Assembly: GCA_002787815.1 (NCBI GenBank)
Contig: PCUY01000062.1
Coordinates: 7,323 to 71,322 of the forward strand
Direction of reading: 5' to 3'
Source of the DNA: Bacteroidetes bacterium CG12_big_fil_rev_8_21_14_0_65_60_17
GTDB lineage: Bacteria > Bacteroidota > Rhodothermia > Rhodothermales > UBA10348
Length of the DNA: 64,000 nucleotides
Below, piece after piece: positions 37,930-46,778 of the stretch (its first letter is position 1; each line of letters opens with the position of its first letter). Under the pieces are notes generated by a model. It had not been told where the DNA came from and searched no databases. It saw nothing but the letters and a program-made list of their open reading frames with translations. Both the position numbers and the translations under genes were made by a program.

Positions 37930-38047
37930 TTCTTGTTCATCCTATTGACGGGTGAGCTACTGTGGCATCTCTGAGAAGGGTGAACCACAACGGTAGCTGC
38001 AAAGAGACCTCCGGTGAAGTGGGTGCACCGGGGGTCTCGTTTTTTTT
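37930..38047 (+). ncRNA. Candidate orphan small RNA (structured stem-loop plus intrinsic terminator)
   Basis: AGCTACTGT/ACGGTAGCT stem enclosing a GAGA-tetraloop hairpin, then a 13-bp stem and T8 on the + strand although both flanking genes are on the - strand; 5' end unknown. Confidence 0.45.
38004..38047 (+). terminator. Intrinsic terminator
   Basis: GAGACCTCCGGTG-loop-CACCGGGGGTCTC-G-TTTTTTTT. Confidence 0.8.
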
Positions 38048-38077
38048 GTGCGTTGCGAACAGGCTCTGGCCTTGGTA

Positions 38078-38923
38078 TCAGCTCAGCACCATGTCAAGAA
38101 GGTGGCCCAACTCATCCTTGAGAGAGCGACGATCCACAATCCGGTCAATGAACCCTTTTTCGACCAGAAATTCGGAAGTCTGAAAGCCTGACGGCAGGTC
38201 CTGCCCCATGGTCTCACGTATGACCCGGGGGCCCGCGAACCCGATGAGAGCACCGGGTTCCGCCAGGTGGAGGTCGCCGAGCATCGCGAAAGATGCGGTT
38301 ACACCACCAGTTGTCGGGTTCGTGAGCAATACCAGGAAGGGCAGACCTGCGTCGTCAAGTTTTGCCAGGTGGGCGCTTGTTTTGGCCATCTGCATGAGGG
38401 AGAGTGCTCCCTCCATCATGCGAGCGCCTCCGCTCTGACTGATGACCAGCACAGGCCAGTTGTTTTCATAACCCCGTTTGATGGACCGGGCAATGACTTC
38501 GCCAACAACGGAGCCCATACTGCCCCCGATGAACCCGAAGTCCATGGCCGCAACGGACGTATGGTGACCATTTATTTTGCCTGCCGCTGCACGCGCGGCA
38601 TCGGTCAGTCCCGTCTTGGCACGTGTCTGCTCCAGGCGATCTGCATACTTCTTCCTGTCGGCGAACCCGAGCGGATCGGTTGGTGTCAGGTTCTGGTCGA
38701 AGAGTTCATATTCTTTCTCGTCGAAGAGCAGGTCGAAGTACCCGATACTGGACATCTTGAAGTGATAATTGCACTTGGGACATACCAGGAGATTTCGTTC
38801 GATTTCGCGTCTGTTCACCGTGTCGGAGCACCCCGTGCATTTGACCCATTGGCCGTCGGGGACTTCGATCTGCTGGCTGGTTTTGGTCTTGATACCAGCC
38901 GATTTTCGCATGAACCAGGACAT
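38078..38923 (-). CDS. accD: Acetyl-CoA carboxylase carboxyltransferase beta subunit
   Basis: WVKCTGC...VCPKCNYH zinc finger, FIGGSMGSVVGE, SGGARMMEG, PTTGGVTASFA, IGFAGPRVI. Confidence 0.97.
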   Translation of the reverse strand: MSWFMRKSAGIKTKTSQQIEVPDGQWVKCTGCSDTVNRREIERNLLVCPKCNYHFKMSSIGYFDLLFDEKEYELFDQNLTPTDPLGFADRKKYADRLEQTRAKTGLTDAARAAAGKINGHHTSVAAMDFGFIGGSMGSVVGEVIARSIKRGYENNWPVLVISQSGGARMMEGALSLMQMAKTSAHLAKLDDAGLPFLVLLTNPTTGGVTASFAMLGDLHLAEPGALIGFAGPRVIRETMGQDLPSGFQTSEFLVEKGFIDRIVDRRSLKDELGHLLDMVLS

Positions 38924-38947
38924 AGAACCTCGTGAGTGATCGTGTTG

Positions 38948-39646
38948 TCAGGACCCGCCGGAGGGCAACCGGTCAAAAATACTGCCGCGGCGAGGTTTTG
39001 CTGCCACTTCCTTCAGATAATACGGTTCAAACGTGGCTGCGTCCGCTTGAAGGTAAGCATCGGGGTGCTCATGCACGAGTCGAGCGGCCCACGTGGCACT
39101 GGCCTGGACGTCTGTTTCATGTGGCGTAGAGGAACAGGGAAGTCTGGACAACCAGGCGGAAATATCCGACTCCGGGACCACGGTATCGGGCACGATGGCC
39201 TGCGGTTGAGGCCGAACGGGGAATTCAGGTCCAGCAGGCACCATGCGATACGCCCCCATATACCACTCACCCTCCCGCGCCCGGAATCGAGGTACTATTG
39301 TGACAGGCGCCATTCCAGGATCATGCCCTGCCAACTCTTCGTGCCAGGAGACAAATGCCATGACTTCCAGCGTGGAGACCGCATAGAGGGACGCACCCAG
39401 TGCAAGGCACAGACCTTTTGCCGAGGCAAGGCCGATCCTCAGCCCGGTATACGAACCAGGCCCGGCGAGCACAACAATGCCCTCCACGGGCCCCTCTCCC
39501 GCAGAACCGAGTAAATCGGCCACGAAGGGGGCCACCAGCCGGGCATGGGATCGGGGCTCGTGCGAAATGTGCTCTTTGATGCCGGCGCCGTCAAAAAGCG
39601 CGACGGAGCAGGTCTCCCTTGATGTGTCGATAGATAGCAGCTTCAT
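38948..39646 (-). CDS. tsaB: tRNA threonylcarbamoyladenosine biosynthesis protein TsaB
   Basis: LLSIDTS..CSVAL, GPGSYTGLRIG...KGL, FEPYYLKE. Confidence 0.92.
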   Translation of the reverse strand: MKLLSIDTSRETCSVALFDGAGIKEHISHEPRSHARLVAPFVADLLGSAGEGPVEGIVVLAGPGSYTGLRIGLASAKGLCLALGASLYAVSTLEVMAFVSWHEELAGHDPGMAPVTIVPRFRAREGEWYMGAYRMVPAGPEFPVRPQPQAIVPDTVVPESDISAWLSRLPCSSTPHETDVQASATWAARLVHEHPDAYLQADAATFEPYYLKEVAAKPRRGSIFDRLPSGGS

Positions 39647-39798
39647 GAGCCGTAACCGAATCCGCACTGGTCCCGTGGGGTTCCCGAGTCGGAGAAACCC
39701 CTACAATGCTGGATGGACGAGCCGGAGTTGACTTAATGAAGGGTGCGCGTATTTTATCAGCCCGTAAACCGGATCGCCAACCAGACCGTCAGGTGATT

Positions 39799-41916
39799 AT
39801 GAAAGTATATGATGCAGATCACATCAGAAACGTGGCCCTCGTGGGGCACCAGGGCAGTGGAAAAACCATGCTGGCTGAATCCATGCTGTATGCTGCAGGT
39901 GGCCTGAAGCGCATGGGCAGTATAGAGGAAGGGACCACGATCAGCGATTACCACGCCAGTGAAAAGGAGCGCGGGATGTCGGTATTCGCATCGCTCCTGC
40001 ACGTTGAGTATCTGGGCAAGAAAATCAATGTGATGGATACGCCAGGTTATCCGGATTTCGTGAGTGAAGTTGCAGCTTCGTTGCATGTCACGGATTCGGC
40101 CCTTTTTGTCATCAACGCAGGGGAAGGTGTACAGGTAGGTACCGAACTGGCGTGGCGTTCGGCCGTGCGGCAGAATACGCCCTCCATGTTCGTCATCAAT
40201 CACCTGGACAAGTCCGACTCGAATTTCAGGGACGTCATTGCTCAGATAAAAGATCGATTCGGGCGCGGTGCTACCGTTGTGCAGATTCCTGGTGGATCCG
40301 GCAGTCGCTCCATCATTGATGTGCTTGTCATGAAGCAGATCACATTCGATGACCACGGCCGGATGACCCTTTCCGGGATCGACGCCGCGTTTGTCGATGA
40401 GGCGCAGCAGCTCCACAATGAACTGGTCGAAAACATTGCTGAGAATGATGAGAGTCTGATGGATCTGTATTTCGAAAAGGGTACGTTGACCGAAGACGAA
40501 ATGAGGGCCGGTTTACGCGAAGCCATGATTCGGCACCAGTTGTTTCCGATCTTCCTGACGAGCGCGACGAAGAACATTGGTGTTTCGCGCCTGATGGAAT
40601 TCGTCGGAAACGTATGCCCGACGCCCAATCAGATGCCGCCTGCACCGTTGGTCAACGGCGGGGCCATTGCGCCAGACTCGGGGGCGGAGCCTGTTGCACT
40701 CATTTACCACACGACGTCGGAAGCCCACGTCGGTGATTATTCGTTCTTCCGGATATACTCGGGAACGCTCGATACAGGCATGGACCTGGTAAATGCCGAG
40801 ACCGGTGTGACCGAGCGCCTCGGACAGATTTTTACGATCAACGGACATGATCGTGATCCGGTCGGAAAGATGTACGCGGGGGATCTTGGAGCACTCGTGA
40901 AGCTCAAGAATACGCATACCAACAACACATTGCACCTGAAGGGAAGCAAGGCCGTGGTTGAGCCCTTCGAGGTACCATCTCCCCGGTACTCTGTCGCTGT
41001 CGTCTCGGTACGCGATGGAGAGGAGGACAAGCTGGCAGCCGGGTTGCACCAGTTGCACGAAGAAGATCCTTCGCTGCAGATAACCCATGACCAGCTGCTC
41101 AGTCAGATCGTTTTGAGTGGTCAGGGAGAAATGCACCTCGAAATCGCAAAATACAGACTCAAAAACAGGTTCGGGGTCGACGTCGAGTTTATAAAGCCCA
41201 AGGTAGCATACCGGGAAACCATCCAGATGCAGGCCCGGGCAAAATATCGTCACAAGAAGCAGACGGGAGGTGCCGGTCAATTTGCGGATATATCCATGCT
41301 GATTGAGCCGCTCAATGGCGAATTCGTGCCGCCGGACGATATCAAGGTTCGAGGCGAACACACCGAAACTACCGCCTGGGGGTCTACCATTCATTTTGTA
41401 GATGCGATCGTGGGTGGCGTGATTGACATGCGCCGCTTTTTCGGAGCCATACAGAAAGGGGTGCTGGAGGTGTGTCAGCACGGCCCCGTGGCAGGGTATC
41501 CCGTCGGCGATGTCCGCGTCGTCATCTATGATGGGGGCATGCATCCTGTCGATTCAAACGAGGCGGCATTCAAGTCGGCGGCACGGGCATGTTTTCGGGA
41601 CGCGTTCCGACAGGCAAAGGCCGTCATGCTGGAGCCGGTGCATCATCTGGAAGTCCTGATCCCCGATTCTTATACGGGTGATATAATGGGAGACCTCAAT
41701 ACACGACGAGCGCGTATCCAGGGCATTGAGTCCGAAGGCCCGTTCCAGAAAGTTGTTGCCGATGCCCCGGAAGCGGAGCTCCACCGGTACTCCACGTCTC
41801 TGCGGTCCATGACCCAGGGTAGGGGGCTGCATCGATCCGAGTTTGCTGGTTACGAACCCATGCCCAGGCATGTACAGGATGAGATTGCATCGGCCGCTGT
41901 ACACGATGAAGAGTAG
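39799..41916 (+). CDS. fusA: Elongation factor G paralog (EF-G2 type)
   Basis: IRNVALVGHQGSGKT, DTPGYPDF, EEDPS, GQGEMHL, KKQTGGAGQF, HPVDSNE, LRSMTQGRG; not in the str operon; switch I RGMSV and G4 NHLD are non-canonical. Confidence 0.9.
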   Translation: MKVYDADHIRNVALVGHQGSGKTMLAESMLYAAGGLKRMGSIEEGTTISDYHASEKERGMSVFASLLHVEYLGKKINVMDTPGYPDFVSEVAASLHVTDSALFVINAGEGVQVGTELAWRSAVRQNTPSMFVINHLDKSDSNFRDVIAQIKDRFGRGATVVQIPGGSGSRSIIDVLVMKQITFDDHGRMTLSGIDAAFVDEAQQLHNELVENIAENDESLMDLYFEKGTLTEDEMRAGLREAMIRHQLFPIFLTSATKNIGVSRLMEFVGNVCPTPNQMPPAPLVNGGAIAPDSGAEPVALIYHTTSEAHVGDYSFFRIYSGTLDTGMDLVNAETGVTERLGQIFTINGHDRDPVGKMYAGDLGALVKLKNTHTNNTLHLKGSKAVVEPFEVPSPRYSVAVVSVRDGEEDKLAAGLHQLHEEDPSLQITHDQLLSQIVLSGQGEMHLEIAKYRLKNRFGVDVEFIKPKVAYRETIQMQARAKYRHKKQTGGAGQFADISMLIEPLNGEFVPPDDIKVRGEHTETTAWGSTIHFVDAIVGGVIDMRRFFGAIQKGVLEVCQHGPVAGYPVGDVRVVIYDGGMHPVDSNEAAFKSAARACFRDAFRQAKAVMLEPVHHLEVLIPDSYTGDIMGDLNTRRARIQGIESEGPFQKVVADAPEAELHRYSTSLRSMTQGRGLHRSEFAGYEPMPRHVQDEIASAAVHDEE

Positions 41917-41924
41917 GCCGCCCG

Positions 41925-42941
41925 GTGTCGCGTAAGGAAATTCTCCGTGGCGTCTACGAGGAGAACAGACGCATTGCGGAAAGCGGAGACCGGAAATCGA
42001 CAGCGGGGGACAGTCGCAGATTCGGGCCGGGAACGCTGGTGGTCGCAGCTGTTCTCCTGGCGGCGGTCGGCGTCGTGTTGTGGGACAATACGTCCCGCCA
42101 CGACGGAACGGAATCCAGTTCGTCGTCAACGTCGCCTGACGCCCGGTTTGAAATGGCCATTCCGGACGACCCGGGGCTGCGTGCGTTGGAATTACCGGAA
42201 GGCATGTCACTCGAGCAGTTGACCAGTTCGGCCGTTCCCATTGCTGATCTGTTTGATCTTGGTGTACGTACCATTATTATCGACGCCGGACATGGTGGGG
42301 TGGACAGTGGGGCCAGGTCCCGCATTGGACTCCAGGAGAAAGACATCACGCTCGATGTCGCGAAAAGGCTGTCAAGGCGTCTTGAGCGCTACGGCGTTTA
42401 TGACGTTCTGATGACGCGGGAGGCGGACTCGTCATTGACTCTTCGTCAACGCGTCGATTTTTCGAACAGCCAGGGAGCCGACATATTCGTGTCCATCCAC
42501 GTCAACTGGTTCCCATCGGATTCGGTCTATGCACTCGAGACGTACTATTTCGGTGGACAAGCCGATGCCGTCGCCCTGAGACTGGCTGAACGCGAGAACC
42601 GGAACTCGGATTACACCGTGGCTGAATTCAATCGTCTCATGTCACGGATGTCAGACCGGATGAAAGGAGAGGAGTCACGACGTCTTGCCCTGGCTGTACA
42701 ACGAAGCATGATTCGCAATACCCGCCGCGAGACGGGGCCGGTGGAAAATTGGGGGATCAAATCAGGTCCTTTCGTAGTGCTTGTTGGAACGGACGCCCCT
42801 GGCATCCTAGCTGAAATTGGTGTAATTAGTAATGGGCCTGAAGCGGAGCGTCTTGCGACGGTCGAATACCGGGAACGGTTGGCCCTCTACCTCGAAGAAG
42901 GGATTATCAATTATTTGAATCAAATGGCATCCAACGAGTAA
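41925..42941 (+). CDS. Membrane-anchored N-acetylmuramoyl-L-alanine amidase (Amidase_3, AmiA/B/C-like)
   Basis: TM LVVAAVLLAAVGVVLW; IIIDAGHGG, EKDITL, FVSIHVN, LAEIGVISN (Zn ligands and catalytic Glu); ALRLAERENR blocking helix. Confidence 0.92.
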   Translation: MSRKEILRGVYEENRRIAESGDRKSTAGDSRRFGPGTLVVAAVLLAAVGVVLWDNTSRHDGTESSSSSTSPDARFEMAIPDDPGLRALELPEGMSLEQLTSSAVPIADLFDLGVRTIIIDAGHGGVDSGARSRIGLQEKDITLDVAKRLSRRLERYGVYDVLMTREADSSLTLRQRVDFSNSQGADIFVSIHVNWFPSDSVYALETYYFGGQADAVALRLAERENRNSDYTVAEFNRLMSRMSDRMKGEESRRLALAVQRSMIRNTRRETGPVENWGIKSGPFVVLVGTDAPGILAEIGVISNGPEAERLATVEYRERLALYLEEGIINYLNQMASNE

Positions 42942-42943
42942 TT

Positions 42944-43984
42944 ATGGCTGCAGAAAAAAAGACTACTAAAAAGAAGGCATTGTCCAATGTCCTGTATATC
43001 GGGATGGATCTGGGTACGTCCCGAAGTGCCGTGGTAGCCAGCAATGGCAAGCGGGACTGGGTCCACAGCTATGTGGGATGGCCCAAGGATTTTGTTGCCC
43101 GTAAGCATTTGGGAAAGGATGTATTGTTCGGAGAGGAGGCGTTGGACAATCGGTTGTCCGTACACCTTTCCAGACCGCTCGAACAGGGGGTTATCCGGGA
43201 TGGTACTGTTCGGGACGAGGATGCTGTCCGGGAATTGGTGCATTATCTGATCGAGGCGGCAGCTCCCGGCGATTCGACTGAAGTGTATGCGGCCGTGGGT
43301 GTGCCCGCTGAAGCGCTTCGCGTCAACAAAATGGCCATCAGGGATGCCGTCAAAGAATATGCGGACAGGTTGATGGTCGTCTCGGAACCGTTTGCCATCG
43401 CGTATGGCATTGGCATTCTGAACAATGCGCTTGTGATTGACATCGGGGCGGGGACCATGGATTTCTGCATAATGCATGGCACCATGCCAACGGAGGAAGA
43501 TCAGCGCACACTGACCGTGGCTGGCGACTATATTGACAGGCACCTGCTCGATGTACTGTCGGAAAAGTATCCAAACGCCCGTTTTTCTGAACCCCTCATT
43601 CGCCAGGCAAAAGAGCAGGGAGCCTTTGTAGGGAGTGGTAAAAACAGGGTCAAGGTCAAAGTACCTGTGGACGGGGTGACGACTGAGCTCGACATTACAC
43701 CCGAAATGCAGCGGGTCTGCGCAAGTATCGTACCCGTCATAACGGAAGCCATGATGGACTTGATATCAGAATACGAACCTGATTTTCAGGATGAAGTAAA
43801 ACAGAATATCTATCTGGCAGGCGGGGGAAGTCAGATCCATGGATTGGACAAAGCACTTGTCGATGCGCTCAAGGACCATGGGTCGTTGAACGTGAAAGTA
43901 ATCGATGATCCGCTCTACGCCGGTGCAGAAGGTGCCCTGGCTCTGGCCCAGGACATGCCGGACGAATATTGGGAAGACATGTGA
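42944..43984 (+). CDS. Actin-like ATPase of the MamK subfamily
   Basis: IGMDLGTSRSAV, SYVGWPKD, GVPAEA, VVSEPFAIAYG, DIGAGTMDFC, AGDYID, QNIYLAGGGSQI, GALALAQDMPDEYW; these match recalled MamK signatures rather than MreB (DLGTANT/EPMAAAIG/DIGGGT). Confidence 0.85.
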   Translation: MAAEKKTTKKKALSNVLYIGMDLGTSRSAVVASNGKRDWVHSYVGWPKDFVARKHLGKDVLFGEEALDNRLSVHLSRPLEQGVIRDGTVRDEDAVRELVHYLIEAAAPGDSTEVYAAVGVPAEALRVNKMAIRDAVKEYADRLMVVSEPFAIAYGIGILNNALVIDIGAGTMDFCIMHGTMPTEEDQRTLTVAGDYIDRHLLDVLSEKYPNARFSEPLIRQAKEQGAFVGSGKNRVKVKVPVDGVTTELDITPEMQRVCASIVPVITEAMMDLISEYEPDFQDEVKQNIYLAGGGSQIHGLDKALVDALKDHGSLNVKVIDDPLYAGAEGALALAQDMPDEYWEDM

Positions 43985-44000
43985 CGTAGCCATTGAACAG

Positions 44001-44035
44001 ACAAAGCCCCGCTGGGTATTCCAACGGGGCTTTGT
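44001..44035. terminator. Bidirectional hairpin terminator between the actin gene and tRNA-Met
   Basis: ACAAAGCCCCG...CGGGGCTTTGT inverted repeat. Confidence 0.7.
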
Positions 44036-44108
44036 GGCGCGGGAGAGACTTGAACTCTCGACCTCCGGGTTATGAATCCGACGCTCTAACCACCTGAGCT
44101 ACCGCGCC
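44035..44108 (-). tRNA. tRNA-Met(CAT), elongator type
   Basis: Reverse complement GGCGCGGTAGCTCAGGTGGTTAGAGCGTCGGATTCATAACCCGGAGGTCGAGAGTTCAAGTCTCTCCCGCGCCA; G1-C72 paired so not initiator; Ile2 cannot be fully excluded. Confidence 0.93.
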
Positions 44109-44190
44109 TGATGTGGGCCGAAAATACGATGGCAGGGATCGCGGATCAACGCCCCATGGGGATCGGGGTTCTTTCTTCATTACAGTTTAT

Positions 44191-45345
44191 ATGGGCTGGG
44201 ACAGACTGATAGGACAGGACAGAGTGAAGCGCGTGCTTTCGAGCGCTGTTGCTTCAAAGAGGGTTGCCCATGCGTGGCTGTTTCACGGCCCGCCCGGCTC
44301 GGGCAAGCGCGCCGCGGCCCTCGCGTTTGCCCAGGCACTGCAGTGCAAGGAGCGGTTCGATGGCACGGTCTGCAATTCGTGTTCGGCGTGCCACAAAGTG
44401 CCGCGTATGTTGCATCCGGACGTTCATGTTCTGATTCCACACGCCAATGATGCGAAGCCGCAGGACCTTGGCGCTCGTGTGGCGCTTCTGGCTGAGTCTC
44501 CCTACGCAGTCATTGATTATTCGCGTCGACCTGACCTAAACGGTTCGGGAGGAACAGGAAACAAACAGGTTGCCTATCTCCTCGGCCAGGTACAGGAAGA
44601 GTTGCAGGCTCCCATGAAATACCGACCTGTGGAAGGATCCTGGCGCATTTCCATAGTGACGTCGGTGCATTCCATGCGAACGGCGGGTGCCAACGCCTTC
44701 CTGAAGCTGCTGGAGGAGCCCGGACGGGATACGGTATTCATTCTTCTGGCGGAAAGGCTGGATCAGGTATTGCCTACCATCCTGAGCCGTTGTCAACAGG
44801 TTCGGTTCTCCCCGCTCGAAGTGGATGAGATGGCCAATGGCCTCGTTCAGGAAGGGTTGGCTCCCGCCGACATGGCGGCCGTCCTGGCGAGGATGGCAGA
44901 TGGTTCGTACGAGCAGGCTCGTGAGCTGGCCCTGAGCACGGAACTGAGGAGTTCGAGGGATCTGGTTCTGGACTTTCTCCGGCAGGCTTTCAGAGCGTCG
45001 GGAGATGACGTCATGTCGCGAGTGGACGAACTTGCCTCACACGGGCGGGAATCTGTCAAATTTCATCTGCATGTCCTGCTTGGGCTGATTCGTGACCTGC
45101 TCTTGTACGCTGAGGTCGGGTCGCATGCCCCGATTGTCAATCTGGATTGGCAGGACGTGTTGTCAAAGTTTTCCAGGGGACTGCCGCATGCACGGCTGGA
45201 TGTCATGGCTGAAGCCGTGGAATACGCCATGTACATGGTGGACCGGAACGTGAATCAGCGAATAGCGCTTGCCCATCTGGCGATTGTCCTTGGCAGGTCC
45301 ATGCAGGGAGATACTCAGGTGAAGCCCGTGCCCCGGTTGGAGTGA
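44191..45345 (+). CDS. holB: DNA polymerase III delta' subunit
   Basis: LIGQ, HAWLFHGPPGSGK, CNSCSAC zinc motif, HPDVH, ANAFLKLLEEP, LPTILSRCQ. Confidence 0.92.
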   Translation: MGWDRLIGQDRVKRVLSSAVASKRVAHAWLFHGPPGSGKRAAALAFAQALQCKERFDGTVCNSCSACHKVPRMLHPDVHVLIPHANDAKPQDLGARVALLAESPYAVIDYSRRPDLNGSGGTGNKQVAYLLGQVQEELQAPMKYRPVEGSWRISIVTSVHSMRTAGANAFLKLLEEPGRDTVFILLAERLDQVLPTILSRCQQVRFSPLEVDEMANGLVQEGLAPADMAAVLARMADGSYEQARELALSTELRSSRDLVLDFLRQAFRASGDDVMSRVDELASHGRESVKFHLHVLLGLIRDLLLYAEVGSHAPIVNLDWQDVLSKFSRGLPHARLDVMAEAVEYAMYMVDRNVNQRIALAHLAIVLGRSMQGDTQVKPVPRLE

Positions 45346-46550
45346 CGTTCCAGGATGGCCTGTGCACATTCCACGTACCGGTCCAGACTGCTTTCGCGCG
45401 TGTAGAATCTGCTTCGCCGGATGGCGTTGTTACTCCACGTAGCCACGGTTCTTGCGGGGTCCGACCGGGTTTTCCAGATCGGGTCCAGATCCAGGTCGGT
45501 CCAGGAGATGAGCGGCCCCAGGTCATGCTGACCGACTTCCCTGCCAAGTGGCCCATCGGAGTCGCACACGGCCAGGATGGGTGCCCCGGCAGATATGGCG
45601 GGGATGAGTTTGGATGGAAGGAACGCGTGGCCTGCCCCTTGGCGCTCCGTGATTACATAGAAGTCGCACCAGGAAAGCCAGTCAGCGAGTTCTTCTTCAG
45701 ATGTCAATGGATGAAGAAGAAAGCGGGAGTCTCCGATGTTATTCAGCCATATCCGGAGTTCTTCAACACGTGCACCTCCCGCGTGTATACGGAATTCAAA
45801 CGCATCGCTCCGGTGGTGCATGGCCATACAGAATGAAAGCAGGTCCTGTTTGGCACCCACGTTCCCCGAGTAGAGTAACCGAAGAGGATTATGTGTTTCG
45901 GCTCTTGTTCGTGATTGCAGGGAGAGCATTCGGGCCATGTCGGCATGAAGCCAATTCGGCAGACAGAAAATGTGTTTGGGAGCACCGGGAATCTGGCGGA
46001 GTGCACCCACCATGGAGCCGGAAATACTTGACCAGGCATGGGCGCGCCTGAAAAGGGTGTTCTGGACCCAGAGCATGAGTCGGGCGGACGCTCCGGCAAG
46101 TCCTCCTGCGACGGCGGCCTGAGCAGACAGATCCTGGACATTCAGCCATAACGGAGCATGCGAAAAACGTGAAGCTGCTACACCGTAGGCTACAGATGCA
46201 ATGAGCGGGCAGAAGGCCATGACCAGGTCGTATTCTCCACGAGACGGTCGTCTTCGCATCAGGGACAGGAAGAAAGAAGCCTCATGAAGCAGACGCTGGG
46301 GCAAGCTGTTCGGGTTGCCCGGGATGTAGAGGCCGTGTCGCTCAATGCGAAGTCCGTGCTCCCGACTTTCTTCGATCATGATCCCGTTTTTGCCGGATTT
46401 GTCTTGCCACTCGGGGTAATAGGAAAAAGCACATTTTACCGACACATCCCATCCGCGTTCTGCAAATCCGTTGCACAGGTCCGTGAACAGGATACCACCA
46501 CCGAGGTCAGGTTTGAATACGTTGACTATGACAAGAAGACGGGGTTTCAA
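45315..46550 (-). CDS. GT4-family glycosyltransferase (WcaI-like)
   Basis: FKPDLGG, YYPEW, LNVQDL, LPNW, LLYSGNVGAKQDL, FLPSKLIPAISAGAPIL; start approximate (TTG). Confidence 0.85.
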   Translation of the reverse strand: MKPRLLVIVNVFKPDLGGGILFTDLCNGFAERGWDVSVKCAFSYYPEWQDKSGKNGIMIEESREHGLRIERHGLYIPGNPNSLPQRLLHEASFFLSLMRRRPSRGEYDLVMAFCPLIASVAYGVAASRFSHAPLWLNVQDLSAQAAVAGGLAGASARLMLWVQNTLFRRAHAWSSISGSMVGALRQIPGAPKHIFCLPNWLHADMARMLSLQSRTRAETHNPLRLLYSGNVGAKQDLLSFCMAMHHRSDAFEFRIHAGGARVEELRIWLNNIGDSRFLLHPLTSEEELADWLSWCDFYVITERQGAGHAFLPSKLIPAISAGAPILAVCDSDGPLGREVGQHDLGPLISWTDLDLDPIWKTRSDPARTVATWSNNAIRRSRFYTRESSLDRYVECAQAILERHSNRGTGFT

Positions 46551-46584
46551 GGCGTTCTGAATGGACGAATCGTGCGTTGCAGAT

Positions 46585-46618
46585 AAAGAAAAAAGCACAG
46601 CCGCGGGGCGGCTGTGCT
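46585..46618 (-). terminator. Intrinsic terminator
   Basis: Minus strand AGCACAGCCGC-CCC-GCGGCTGTGCT followed by TTTTTCTTT. Confidence 0.8.
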
Positions 46619-46685
46619 GATTCTTTCCAACACCTTACTGATTGAGCGACCAGAAGGTACTGGTTCGGAGCGGAAGTAGCCGGAG

Positions 46686-46778
46686 CTACAGAAGTTGAAA
46701 CACCATGAGGACAATCAGACCTACGACGCCCGCTCCAAACGTCATCGTTCTGATCGCACGATCGACGGGATTACGCAT
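46686..46778 (-). CDS. Candidate 30-aa single-pass membrane peptide
   Basis: MRNPVDRAIRTMTFGAGVVGLIVLMVFQLL; AT-rich region upstream and terminator downstream. Confidence 0.4.
   Translation of the reverse strand: MRNPVDRAIRTMTFGAGVVGLIVLMVFQLL

Noticed and set aside
42944-43984. Calling the actin mreB, or calling the locus a magnetosome island
   Set aside because: Motifs differ from MreB and mreC/mreD are absent; no other mam/mms genes are in the window, so magnetotaxis is not supported.
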